From positions 22,630,001 to 22,694,000 of the forward strand of contig JAQFVV010000003.1 in assembly GCA_028023455.1 (NCBI GenBank): 64,000 bases of DNA, written 5' to 3'. Origin of the DNA: Epiperipatus broadwayi. Taxonomy: Eukaryota > Animalia > Onychophora. Below the pieces are notes generated by a model. That model had not been told where the DNA came from. It worked only from the letters and a program-made list of their open reading frames with translations, and ran no database searches. Position numbers and translations under genes: made by a program. Positions 11,823 to 25,900 of the stretch are shown here, in pieces (the first letter of the stretch is position 1; the number at the start of each line of letters is the position of its first letter).

Positions 11823-13959
11823 AAACAGGTAATTATGATCAAGCAATAATATTTATTATCTTTAATTAGTAGTTTGATATTGTTTGCTACCTCCTTAACA
11901 CAATTTATTTTAGCACCTCAAATTTAAAGTTATATCACAAAATAATGTAGCCCCTTAAAATCACAAAAGGGTTACACAGATATAAATAAAAAAAAATTGA
12001 ATTTAAATGATGAAACATAAATTATAGTTTACAAACTAAGCAAAATCCATAAAAATGTGATTATTTGGGTTGTTAATTGTTGATTAAAAGATAGTAAAAG
12101 CTATTAATGTCATAAATTTTAAAAAATATATATACCAGTTGGAATTTATACAGCTAAATGAGATTTGTCACTCAAATATAATTTAAATTTATATCAGCCA
12201 CAGCACTAATAAAAAATGATCCTAGGTCCTTGATGGGTATGCTTTATTTACAGTAGTGTAGCTAATGTGGAAATACGTTTAATTCTATTGTACTTATGCA
12301 TTACATGATAACATGATATGTCATCTTATCAAAGTCATTCAAAAGATTTTCTGCTAAATTATATATATATCATAATCAATTGAATCACAAGTAATGATAT
12401 TTTTTGTCTACTAATTATATTCTTCTGAGCTGAAAGCATATATCTATTGCATAACAATTCTATAAAAAAAAATTATATTTTTCTCCTGCTTTGTTATTCA
12501 AAAATTCATTTTAGTCTTCCAGATGTTACCAGAATATTTTTTTTTCCATAATAACTTAATTAATGAAAAGGTCCTACCATCTCAGCATCTTCAAATGTAA
12601 ATTACTTTGAAAAACAAAAACTAAACACTCCTTTTTTAATAGTTCCTTTTGTGAAATTTTGGCTTTTTGCCTTAGAAACATTTATCTATCTGTTAAATTT
12701 ATATCAAAATTCTACCAATTTAAGATTTAAAATTCAACAACCTTCAAATGATTTTATTTTAATTATTATATGTAATTAAAAGCCAATAATTCAATATAAA
12801 GCTAACTTCAAAATTCCTTCTCAAGTATCAAATAATTTAAAAAAACTGGCTAAGTATATATGATCATCTAGAAAAGTTAATAAATACAATGATCAACAGA
12901 TAATAAAAAACAAAACCTGCAACTTCTATAATTATATATTGAGACAGATATCTCAAAGTTATATATGTAGAAAAATAGAACTTTCAGTTTAAAAAATTCT
13001 ACTTGTAAATTAATTTAAAAATTTTTCTAATTTAAATTATATTGAACATGTATTATACAAGTGCAATCAGATGTATACATGCACACACACAAATTTGGCA
13101 AAATAATTTTGTTTAATGTAAATTTTTTCAATAAACTTTTTAAACAAATGTTATCTTTTAACCAGTAAGTCTATTCATGAACATTATAAGGAAAGTAAAA
13201 AAACAGAGACTTCATCAATGAAACGGGGAATTTACTTAATATACCAGATCCACCGAATCATTAGTGACTAAGAAAAAGATGATTAATAGATACATAATGC
13301 ATCAATGCTAATAGATGACTAAAAAAACTACATTAGTACATTATTATTTATCAGAAGATAATCATTATACAAATGGTCTCAGACTGTTTAAAATATGTAA
13401 AACATAATATTTTCTGTATGTTAAAAGTATGTAAACACTATTTTTCATAAATAAAATGCTTTTGAGATTAAAATTTTGTAGAACAGTGCTTAACCTCAAA
13501 TAAAATTTTAATATGTTATAATAAAAAAATTAAGAGTTAAGATAAGACATGTAATAAAATTGGCATAAAAAGTAAAATGTTTGATTTTAATTGATTAAAA
13601 ACCTGGCTTAATAATTAATTAAAAACCTGGCTATTTTGAAATGCTAATCTTGAAAGTTCTAGAAAATTTGTGTGGTAGAATAATAGAACAAATGGGTATA
13701 AAAGCTCCTCAAAATCGACTGTTTCATTCAGAAAGCATTCAAGCTTGGCAAAAACTATTCATTCATTAGAAGCACTCCTTGATCATTCATCCAAATTTTT
13801 CTACACTGCTGGCATTTTTCAATCTATGTGACAAGCCATACTTCTTGCCAGCTCTTAGAAAAATCATAGATACCTGCCAACAATTCAGGACAAGAAACTG
13901 ATAGTTTAAAAAAAGATAGCCCAAGCAAATTTTCTTGGAGATGGTGATCTTCAAAATAT

Positions 13960-16110
13960 GATTAATTTCATCCATTATGATACCATCTGTAGTGATAATC
14001 TGACCAAGGTATTTGTAATTGTTACCTTCTTCTAATTCATCATTATCATTTTTTTAATATCTTTTGAAAAAATTCCGTTGAACATTACTTTAGTCTTTTT
14101 AACATTTACTTTTAGTCCTAACTTTCTTACTTAAATCTGACAACTCTTGCAACACTTGCTGAAGTTCTTAAATATTATTTGCAAAAACAACTACATCATC
14201 TGCAAAATCTAAATGGCTTAAATAATCTCCTTTAGCTTCCCATTTTAATCCACAAAATACTTCTTGCAGCACTGCTGTAAAAAGTTTTGGAGATATGGAG
14301 TCACTCTGTATTACACTCATCTCAATGTTGACCTTTCTAGTATCATTATGTAATCTAACTGTTGCTGTTACATTTTTATAAATATTCTTCAGAATATGAG
14401 AATATTCTGGGTCTACACCTTGATGATCCAATGCTTTAATCACTGAAGAAATGCTTATAGAATCAAATGCTTTTCATACTCCAAAGCATAATGGCAACTC
14501 ATATTCATTGGTCCTTTCTATAACTTCTCTCAATATTTGGATATGATCCATTGTACTAAAACCTTTTTTAAATCCAGCTTCTTCTTTTGGTTGGTTGAAA
14601 TCCAAAGTTCTCTGTAGATGATTTATAATTATCTTGGTAAGAATTTTGTATAAAACTGATAAAAGACTAATAGATATGTAATTTCTAATATCTTCTTTAT
14701 TGCCTTTTTTAAATATTGATACTAATACTGAATTCTTCTAATCAACTGGAACATTTTTATCATTTAGACATTTGGAACATAACTTTGTCAAAAAAATTTC
14801 AATTTCTTCATTTTCCTCATTACCTGGAGTTATTCCCTTCTTCATAAATTTAATTGCATGTTTCATTTCTTCATTTAAAATCCTGGGCAATTCGGAAAAT
14901 ATAATAGTTGTTGGAGATACTTGTTCTTTATTACTATATAATTCTTGATACAATTCTTCTACCCATTTCATGATGTCATCTCGCTTTTTAGTAATAGTCC
15001 CATCTTTTTTTCTTAATGCAGATATAAATTTCCTACCAATACCAAAATATTGTTTTACATTCTTGAGACTTTTATTCTCTTTTATATCTTTCTTTTCTAG
15101 TTCGCAATTATACTTTCATGTATAATTATCAATTCGTTTTTGCACCATTTTCCAAAATTTGGGATATTCAATCCTTCTTAATGCATCACTTTTATATACT
15201 TTCATACTTCTTTTTTCATAAATTCTCTAGTCTCAATAGAAATTTTATTGGTCAATTGCTGCTTTTCTCTATCAGCTATCTTTGTTGCAGTTTTTAAAAA
15301 TATATCAGTTATTTTCTTATTAATTTCATTCAAATCTGAATTGTTAAAAATCTGCTACTATTTGTAAATGATTTGCAAGTTCTAATTTAAATTCATTAGA
15401 ATGTTTCTGAAAATTAGGAATATTAACTGTTAATATTGTTTTTCTTAAAAATTTTTGCCTCTCTAGTTTTGCATTAACATGTATCTTACTAATCAATGAT
15501 CACTTCCTGTGTCGAATTTATTAAGAATATTGCAATCTGGAAATATGTATTTTCTGTTAATCAAAATATAATCTAATTATGCTGTACCTTCATGTGGAAG
15601 CTTCCATGTCCATTTCCTTTTAACATTTTACTCAAAAAAAAAAAGAATTCATAACATAAAGTTTTTCTTTTTCTGCAAACTCCACAAGTCCATGTCCACT
15701 CTCATTTCTATTACCATAACCAAATTTACCTACAGTATTTTCAACTTTCATTTGTTTACCAATTCTAGCATTAGAGTTTCACATAACAATTTTAAAATGT
15801 TGTTTGGTCTTATCCAAAGCCTTTGTATGTCTATATAAAAATCCTCTACTACTTCATCACTATGAAAACTTGTTGGGGCATAAACCTGAATTATTTGTAT
15901 CTGCTATTAAGTTGAATAACTAATGTAGATACTCTGTCTAATACACCATCAATCTCCACATTTTTTATTTTAAATGAATCCTAATCCACTTGTACTTTCA
16001 ATATTTGTGCCTTTGTAGTAGAATACATGTCCACTTTTTAAATCAATCATCTCTTCACCTTTTCTTTTAACTTCACAAAGTCCAATAATAACACATTTAA
16101 TATGAGACAG
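13960..16110 (-). mobile_element. Decayed RTE-clade LINE (APE endonuclease and most of RT; both ends missing)
   Basis: Colinear with 60.8-63.0 kb (IQVYAPTSFHSDE, HLDFADDVVVFANN; ORFs 14168-14443 and 14738-14971). Many stops and indels. Confidence 0.92.
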
Positions 16111-16769
16111 TTCTTCTTCCTATACATACATATACATAAAAAGGAAATTTTCAGTAAGAGTAAAAAAATAAGTACAATAGCAAAAATTTTGTAAGTACAG
16201 CAAAAACAAATTTAAAATATAATTTTTCCACATTATTTTTTTTTTAATTTATAACATTCTGATCAGTACGTTTCAACAATATTTGTATTTAAATATTTGA
16301 TCAAATAAATATATATGAATTTCTGTAAGCCTAATTTAAAAGATGAAAAATATAAAAGTACTTTCTTTTCAAAAAAATTTCTGAAAAAAATATTTTAAGT
16401 ATCTTTATATTATAACAATGAAACTTTTAGCATTAAAGTAAATAAAATTTAGATTTATGATGTATATAGAATGATTATCTTAAATTCTAACATGCTTAGA
16501 AATATTTAATTGGCATAGTACCATGATAAATTTAATAAATGTTAAAATTAGAGAAAATATAACGTATATGTATAGTTGTACATACATAGATAATAAAACA
16601 ACCTTTAATTAATCCATTACAAAGCAAAAGCCTCTCCAGCAACTTTTCAATTAACTATAGTAAAGAGAATTAATAGTATACCAAGTTGGCCAATTGTTAG
16701 AAAATTAGTTTTTTTCCCCTTTATTTATACTCTAGTTATTGTACGGGCTTAAACCTGCATTTATATATG

Positions 16770-16800
16770 TAATATATGCAGGATTCGAATTCAGACTTTC
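16770..16800 (-). repeat. tRNA-SINE-like B-box remnant
   Basis: Minus strand GAAAGTCTGAATTCGAATCCTGC resembles GGTTCGAATCC. Confidence 0.25.
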
Positions 16801-19251
16801 ATACGACCCACTGATCTCAGAGCCATCTTATATTGCTGACCCACCTGATCACACACATGTTGAAAAGATAAATAATCACTAACAAATGTATTTCGTGCTA
16901 TACCAGCACTCATCAATTGGTCCAGATTACCATCTCCACACATATATACAATCAGTACTCAGCTTTATATTAAGATAGCCAATCCTCATACTCTAGATAA
17001 AAATAGCTAAATACACATTTTCTGATCAATAATAGACTGGCTAACTTGGTTGGCTTAGAGATGACGACTGTAGAAACTTTTCTTAATATTGTTGTTTAAA
17101 TAATTTTATTACATTATAATTAACATTAACTAATTGTTACTTATTGTACATTTTAATGAATTTCTAAGAAATATAACAATGAAATACTAATATTTTGTAA
17201 AAATTATTTGTTTAGCATTTTAAACATTATTTTAATTTCATTTGTGATAGTAGTGGTAAAACTTGGATATTTAAAATAAAAAAAAAACTTATATATTCTA
17301 TCATCGTGGTAATTATTTACTTCGAATACAAAAAGGGAAACTAAATTGGAGAAAAGAAAAAAGGAAATAAAGAGCTCCTCTACTCTAATAGTCGGTAACT
17401 CATTTCCTAGATAGTAATGAATTTTTATATAAAACATTGAGATATTAACTTTCTTCTTCTAGCACTACTGCCATTTGAATAAGCTTCACTAAGGGAAAAC
17501 TTCAGAAATTTATTTTAAAAATTAATGATGCAAATCCAAAACTGGCCACAGTTGACATACAGAGAGCCGATAAAAAAATCAATTTAAAAACTTCAAATGG
17601 TTCCAAAATCAATAACAGTTTCAAAATGACTTAATAAGTAAGTAAGTAACATATTATTTAAAAATAAATGACAATAATTTCAACATTTTTTTTTATTTTA
17701 AATAATTTATTGTGTGGCATTTTATTAGCAAGTAAAATTGGTTTTTTCCAACATCTTTCAACAGATTCGTCCTGGCTGGTTAATTCTTGGTTGGTAAAAA
17801 TTTTTCTTCCCTTATTGTACTCTTTAAATATGAATAGGTAAATATCCATTTAGCAATCTACAATCGAATAATTATCTAAATCGTGGAGGGCAGGTAGCTT
17901 AAACAAAAACCTTAACCTTTCATGAAAATTCTCTTGCATAAAAAAAATCGCCTTCATTATGAATTTGAATATAGGTTGTAAACACACAGATAACCAATAC
18001 ATTATGATAAATTCATTATAACTCTATTATTACTTGATTAACAAATTCTAATATGGGAAAATTAATATTATATAAAGTAATTTAATTTTATTAAAAAAAT
18101 ATAACAATTATATGTTTTCTGGCTAACAAAATTGATACTGGATGGGTAATTGGGTTGGTTATAAAACAATTTCCTAACAAATATTCCAAGGTCCAAACAG
18201 AAAAGACAAATTCAAAAATTTCAGAATAAATTTTAGAAGCAGTATGTCATAGACTATAATTGAAGCAATTCTATAATCAATATCATAATTAGAAGTTTTA
18301 GACCCTATGCAAAATTTAAAAAGCAAAAGCCCTTTTTAATATTTATATTATATATTTTAATATTTCTATTATTATTCTTTAATTTAATAACAGATAGGCA
18401 AAAAGTTCGTAAGATCCTTGGTATGCTTAAAAATGGATAAGCCACTGAGTGTAATTTTAATAAGATTACATTTTTATTATATCAGTCCTATAAAGTCAGA
18501 TAAAATCTTTCAAATATGCAATTTCTATTCAAACATTATTTTATAACATGTTTGAAATTTACTAATAAAAAGATTTTCATCGATCTGAATTTAATATGAA
18601 ATTGCATGATCTCAACTGAGTAAATATTAAATTCCAAAAAAGAATTCCTCTCCACTTCATGCAATCTCATGATTTAACAATACAAAACACACACATGCAA
18701 AGTAAAAATATATGAAGTTGAACTTATAACTAAGATAGCAATTTTCTATTAGCTTGATTTAATTTATATTTAAATAATTTTTAAACAATATTAATTCAAA
18801 ATCATAAATCATATATCAGAGTAACAATTTCAAATAAATTTTTATCTTTTCTTTTTATTAAAATAAATCATCATCAAAGTTTTTAATCTTTATTAATCTA
18901 CTGCACAATAAAGATCTTTTCTAGTTTAATTCAATCTTTATTGATAACTTCTCACTTCATATAAAAAAAAACCTTAACTTATCTATTCATGTCACATATA
19001 GATGTCTTACAATCTCTTTAAGATTCAATTCAAGATTTGTTATCTATCTATTATAACATATTTTAAGAATATGTCCAAACCTAGCTTTTTATTTTTTTCA
19101 GTGATTGTTCTCTTATCCATCTATTTTATTTTTTGTAGCAGCATATTGTTCCATCTTCTCTATGCCATTTACTGTAAAACTTTAGTAAATATTGATAGAT
19201 GCTAGATGGCAATGCTTGATAGATCCCTATCCTGAACTTTTTATCCAAAAT

Positions 19252-19291
19252 TCCCAGACTGTTTTCTAGCCTATGGCTTTCATCAATAAGG
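19252..19291 (-). ncRNA. Degenerate type I hammerhead ribozyme motif (family A)
   Basis: Minus strand CCTTA-TTGATGA-AAGCC-ATA-GGCTA-GAAA-ACAGTC/TGGGA. Stem II AGCC/GGCT is intact; C3 is mutated to T. Confidence 0.65.
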
Positions 19292-19560
19292 AACTTTAGA
19301 TTTTAGAACAGTGCAATCATTAGAATCTAATGCCCTTTTCTTTTAGCTACAATCATTTATTTCTATGTTATATTATCAAGCTAACAGCCCGAATTGAAAA
19401 ATATATAAATAACTAAGGACACCATAATATATAGAAACTGTATTCATTTCAGATTTATATAACTATACAAGCAAATTAGTTTAGATTGAAAACATTTATA
19501 TACTTTTTTTAGTTTGGGCTGATAACTTGATGGTATAACAGAATAAATGATCCAAAACGA

Positions 19561-19599
19561 CTAACTGATGAATGTCATAAGCTTGAAACTAGTCTGGAG
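19561..19599 (+). ncRNA. Degenerate type I hammerhead ribozyme motif (family A)
   Basis: CTAA-CTGATGA-ATGTC-ATA-AGCTT-GAAA-CTAGTC/TGGAG. All core nucleotides are present (CUGAUGA, GAAA, GUC) with a palindromic ACTAGT stem III. Stems I and II are mismatched. Confidence 0.7.
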
Positions 19600-19902
19600 A
19601 TTTTAGATAGGAAAACACAAGACAGGAATTTATTAAGCACTGCCATTATCATTACATAATAAAGCTCACAGTGTTTTACAGAATGTGGAAAAGTATGCTG
19701 CAATAATAGAAATATGTAAAGTGGAGTCATGTAATAGTTTGTTGATTTATATTTTGCTTCAGTCTCTCTATATGTTAATCATAACATACATCTCTCCATA
19801 TTTCATTGTACAATCTGCAGTCTATATTAAACATCAAATAATACCTTTCATAATATAATTAATTTTTTTTTTCAATTGCAACCTGAAATTAACTTTATTT
19901 CT

Positions 19903-19985
19903 TTTATATATATATATATATATATATAAGAAATATCTGTATATTTCTTATATATATCTATATATATATATATATATATATAAGA
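19903..19985. repeat. Interrupted (TA)n microsatellite
   Basis: Direct reading. Confidence 0.9.
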
Positions 19986-20065
19986 AAATATAAAAATATA
20001 CTTATAACTTTCTACTTCATATACTTTAATCACATGAAAACAAACATCATTAGTATGCAATAATA

Positions 20066-20463
20066 CAGGGATCCCCAACCTTTTTGCACTTAAGAGCACA
20101 TTCTATAATACCGGCCAGGTAGCGGGCACCATTTATTTTTTCAACCAGTTGGCTGTCACCATTTATTTTTTCAATGTAAATTTATAGTTGGATATTGTTA
20201 ATAATACACATAATGTACAAAAAAATATTTATTTCAAAAATAAAATTTTAGCATATAATTAACGTTTATATTTTTACGCTGTAAAAGTATAGTATTCCCT
20301 ACAATTTGATTACAACATAATACAATAATTTATATGAAATTTTAAAAATTAAATTTATTTGTATCAGATAAATAATTTTTTATCGTGATCGGATAGAATC
20401 GGGCACACGTAAAATGGTCTGCGGGCGCCATGGTGACCACGGGCATAGGGTTGGGGACCTCTG
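20066..20463. mobile_element. Non-autonomous hAT (Charlie-like) MITE, 398 bp
   Basis: TIRs CAGGGATCCCCAACC / GGTTGGGGACCTCTG. Perfect 8-bp TSD CAATAATA at 20058-20065 and 20464-20471. Confidence 0.95.
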
Positions 20464-21130
20464 CAATAATATATTACATGTTTTACTTCATATATTTCCC
20501 TTCTTTCATCTTGAATTCATTTCTCAATTCTTTCTCTGGAAACCAATTAAAATAAAACAATAAAGACCCTTCTTAAATAAATTTATATAAAAATTAAAAT
20601 TCATGACTATTCCCTAAAATATTTATATATCTGAGTATAATGAAGTTATAAAATAAGAAGATAAGTAAACAATCAGAATTTAAAAACTTAAACATTAAAA
20701 TGCTAATAAAACAAACAAACAAAAAATAAAACCAATTCTTGAACTAATGATAAAGCTAAATCTTTAAAAGATGGTCTTATTTATATTCTGCTTCAAAGCT
20801 AAAAAATATAATTAATTATGTAATAAAATTTAAAAAGTGATGATTGATGTTTACTTTAATTTCTTAATTTATCTGATAATAATTAGCATGGTGGTTAAAG
20901 TTTATGCATTATTAATTGCAAGCATTTATACAAACAATATCTGATTGGAACACTTTTTCAAACCTTTAATAATTCATTATGAATATATATATATATAACT
21001 TTAAACACAATTGTTTTTTTTTAAATGCTGCTACAGTAAATAATAAATATTCCTATCTCAGTATATCATAATATTATATATATATATATTGTTAGTTCTG
21101 GATGTTTCCTTGTAATAAAAATATAATAAC

Positions 21131-21600
21131 TTAATAGCTCATGTTTCAGTACGATAAAAAGTATTTTCCTCAGAGCTTCTTCTTTCTCAAATCATAAGAA
21201 AGTGTGCAGTGAGATTTAAAATTGTTTTTTTTTCCTTTATTATTTTCTCCTCGTTCTCAAAATTCATTTTGGCAGTTAGAGAAAAATCTAATACATCAGT
21301 TATTTATACACACATTAAATTAACTAACCATGACATCAATTTTAATAAAACATATATCTGCAAAAATTGAACAATATGACCAGCATTGCTAAATGAAAAC
21401 TGAAGAGTGTGAATTGAAGAAAATTAACAACATTTGGAAAATGCTATTGGAGGATAAGATATTTTTTAAAACATCTCCCAGTAGAATTTGAGAATGAGGA
21501 ATAAATAGCAAAAGAAAAAAAATAACGATTTTAAACTCAGCACACACATTCTTATGATTTGCGAAACAAGAAGCTCTGAGGAGGGTAAGCTCCTGGAAAG
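21131..21600. mobile_element. Inverted pair of Penelope-like termini with hammerhead-like cores (family B)
   Basis: Imperfect inverted arms of about 105 bp (21167-21270 and 21484-21582), each ending outward in AGAAGCT-CTGAGGA. The left arm continues on the minus strand as AAATAC-TTTTTATC-GTACT-GAAA-CATG-AGCT. Confidence 0.55.
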
Positions 21601-22917
21601 AATACTATGAATTCATCATTTATCTGTGAGAATATATATATAATGGTTGATTTGGGAATTCATATGAAGTTCAGACACTGGAAGTGGAAGCTGTTCAGTG
21701 CTATTTTTAACCTGAACAACTATTTGAAAGATCTTTAATATATATATATATATATATGATCACCAAAACCAAATGATATTGTCATATCCTGAATTACAGT
21801 TTATGATATTTTATATATAAACAGAAAGTGTTTTCTTTTATATAATAAAATCAATCCTATTCTATTTTCTGAATAAATATAGAAAATAATAGGAGCCTTT
21901 TACTTAGTTGCCTCAGTAACAAAATAATGAAATCCAGCATGTCATGATTAGATTAAACACCTACTTCACAATGAAAGCACCTTTCAAATTATTTCACATG
22001 GTATTGGGCATCGAACAGCAAGCAACATATCATATGAACTGCAACTAGGAGATTGATATTTTGAAATAACCATTTTGCATCATTCCTACAGTTACATATA
22101 ACACAAATAATTTCTAAATCATTCCTTATATCAACTTCTTGTATTTTTCTCTGGATCTTTATACTAAAATATTTCCTCTCATAATAGTTGTTGAATAATA
22201 CAACAAATGAAAAATAACAACAGGTACATTTACCACCAATTATCAGCTATGATAAGTATGAATGTCATTTACATGAAAAGGGAAAAAATTAAAAAGGCAA
22301 TGCTCACAAAGGTTGCCAATGAAAGGTGGTGAGATTTTAATGGTTTTCCATTATTGTTTTACCTTTCTAGATATGTAACCAATATTGTTTGAGATGACTA
22401 AGAACTAACTAAAAAAAATTCCAAATCTGTTAAAAAAAATTTGAAAGTTTACGGAGGTGGTATTTAAGTTAAGATAATGCATCATGAGGCTCTTCAATTG
22501 GATGAATTTCCCATAATAATACCTTTTGATAGTCTCTGACAGTCATCATCAGTTTCTTATCATAAAAAAAATCTATAAACTTTTGTAATTAATGTAAATA
22601 CATTCAATGTAGAAACCTTAACGTTTATAAAAGATAATGTAAAGAATAGAATTTTAAATAACTTTAAAATGTATCTTAGAAGCACACTTAATGTAAAAAA
22701 TAATTTCAACATTGAAAATTATTTAAAAAACAAAAACAAATGTAATACCTCTCTAATAAAATTTTGCTACTAGAAAAAATAAATATATGATTGTAAATAA
22801 TTTACTAAAACAATAAAGCCAATTAATGAAGGCTTTAATAGGTTTATAAATGTAGATGATAACAATCAATCCTTGGGCAAGTTGTAATTTTTACAGTATT
22901 TATAAAAATATATTTGA

Positions 22918-25900
22918 TGTGATGTACTGTGACTTCTTAAATGGAGTCAGGAATCTCTCAGCAGCTATGCCCAGAGAAACCTGTTGCCACTTTACCTTCC
23001 TTTTCCATTGTCCACCCTAAGTTTTCCCATAATCTGCTCCATCCCATTTCCACAACATAATCTTTGTCAACTCCATGACCTTCATATCTAAAACCCCCTT
23101 ACTTTTTCCCAAACCTAGCATAAAAATCAATAACTCACTTTCTGTATAATCACTTGTTCATATTTAACCTTCCATAACTTCATTAATTGTACCCTTTCTG
23201 CTTCCAAACATTTACATTGAAGTAACAGATGCCTAATATTTTCTATGCCTTCCTTACACAACTTGCAGACTAAATCACCCATATTTTTCCATTTATGTGT
23301 ATATTCCCTTGTTGCTAAAAATCCCGTTCGAGCCTTAAACAATAAACTACTTTCCTTACTATTATGATAAATTAACTCACACCCAATGTTTCGTTTACTT
23401 CTATATATATTTAAACTCATTTTACTCTCCATTCTAGTTCTCCATCTCTCCAACTCCCTATTCTTTATTAATGCATCTATTCTTCTATCTCACTCCTTCC
23501 CACTATAACACTCAACAATCCTCCTAACACAATCATCCCATCTTTTCTACAAGTATACTGACATAACTTCTTTATCCAAATCTTCTGCATACCGCATTAC
23601 CTTGCTCACCCATCTTGTTGCCTGCCCTTTACTTGTAACCCAATTAAATACTATTTTGGCTATTCTTTTATTATCCATAAACTGCAATCTACTGCACATC
23701 TTCAATTTGCTTTTTGCATCCCTCATATAAAAACTTGACCATCCCATTTCTCCTTGAATTGCGTCTTTTGCTGTCCACACCTCAGCATCTAATGCATGTC
23801 TTCCTACTTCTCATTGTACTTTTTCTAAGCAATCTAATACCCCTTTACTAACACATAATGCATCATTGCCATATGTTAACCCTGCTGCTGCCACTCCCTT
23901 CCATACAATTCTAGCTACATCATATTTATTATATGAAAACACTGTTAATTTTTTTATCAATCCCTTTCTTTTCTTTGCTTCATTTATCAATTTTTTCTCC
24001 CATTCATCCAAGCAATTTTTCTTATTACTCAAGATGATTCCCAAATAACTATATCTATTCACCACACTTAACTTTATATCCCCCAATAAGAAATCTTTGT
24101 CTTCTCTTTCCCCAGTATTCACCATCATTATATTTGATTTTTCTTCACTAAATTTAATCCCCATATCTTTACCCACCTTTGCGCATGTCCTCAGCATAAC
24201 TTCCATATCTTCTTTCTGCACACAAAAAGACATCATCCACAAAAAAAAGACCCGACAATGTATATATTCTCTTGCCACCTGTTAATGATATCTCTATCCC
24301 TCTTCCTAGACTTTCTATTGCTCTCTCCATTTCACTCAAATACAACACAAACAAAATAGGTGACATAGGGCATCCTTGCCTCAGTCCCACCCCATTTTTA
24401 ACTTTAACTGATTCTATATCTCCTAATTGATATGTATAGTAATTATTTTCATATAATTTCTTAATAACACCCACTAAAGCTTCATCCATTCCCAGATTTG
24501 CTAAGCTTATCCATAATCTATTTCTATTCACTCTATCATATGCCTTTTCTATATCTATAAAACTCATATATAACTGTCTATCTGAATTTCTACTCATATC
24601 TATAAGTTGTGTAACTACAAATAAACTATCTCCTATACACCTATCTGACCTAAAACCTCCTTGCATTTCCCCCACTACATTATTTTCTTCCATCCATTTT
24701 GCCAAAACTTCCAGCCACCATATATAAAAAAACTTTATATAAAACTGATGTTACTGCTATTGGTCTATAATTATTTAACTTTCTATGATCCTTACCTTTT
24801 CCTTTAAATAATAATCTTACTCTTGTATTACTCCAACTACCCAGAAAAACTTTCTTCTGTGCCATCTTATTAAAACATGATAGTAACTTTACTTTTGCCC
24901 TATGCCCCAAATTCATTACCATCTCTGTTGCCCTTCCATCTAATCCTCTTGCCTTACCACTTCTCAATTTCTTCCCTGCCTCATTCAGTTCATTTTCTGT
25001 AAACGTAATATTCCCATTACTATATGCTTTCATGTTTTCTATCCCTCTGTCCTTCACATCTAACATCTTTTCTATATCCATTACATAACTATTCAATATT
25101 CTCTCTAATTCTTCTCTGGAGCTACACTCTATTCCCTCCTCATCCAGTAATACTATCTCTCTTTCCCCTAAATTTCTCCTTTTAATGTAATTCCAATTTT
25201 TTTTATTCCCATCTCTTCCACTTTTATTAATATCATCCAATAATTTACTATTTAGTTTCATTCTCTCTCTATAATTATCTATTTTAGCTAACTTATTCTT
25301 TTCTAAGTACTTTTCCCATTTAGCATTAATATCTTTTTCACTTTCTTTGTTCTTAATAGCACACTTATATTCTCTGCATGCTTTTTTCCTCTCTTTTACA
25401 CTTTTACTAACTCTCATTTTTCTATTACTTTCATTCTTCTGAATATTCTCACCTAAAACCCTATTTGCCACTTTGTCTATTTCATCACACCAGTCCTCAT
25501 ACTCATTTCCAATCAACTCTTCCATGGTTTCTTAAACTTGTATTTTATACTCTTCTAACTTATTCTTATCATTCACTCTCCATCCACATCTTTCACTATT
25601 GTTTCTACTTTCATTCCTATTTTCTATCACATTACTAACCATTTCAATTATAACAAAATTATGATCACTATTACATACTCTCTCTTCATTATTAAACACC
25701 TTAATTTTCCGTACTTTATTCATTCCCTCTTTCTCTACCAATATATAATCTATTGTGTGGGATATATTATTCTTAGATCATGTATATTGTCCCTCAATGC
25801 TCAAATTAATTCTCTGACAAAATTTCTTCAAAAGCTGTCCATTCTTATTGTCTACATCATCAATTTCTTTAATATGCCCATTCATATCTCCTATAACCAT

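Noticed and set aside
13680-13950. Protein-like stretch (EQMGIKAPQNRLFHSESIQAWQKLFIH) abutting the RTE truncation
   Set aside because: Short, interrupted by stops and unrecognised; it cannot be assigned.
19200-19640. Apparent protein repeat LIDESHRLENSLGILDKK / LTDECHKLETSLEILDRK resembling an SNF2 DEAH box
   Set aside because: The similarity is explained by the hammerhead-bearing repeat. No ORF context, and the two copies are on opposite strands.
22520-22560. Minus-strand CTGATGATGACT..ATCAAAA as a further hammerhead
   Set aside because: No convincing stem II or III, and no flanking homology to the other families.
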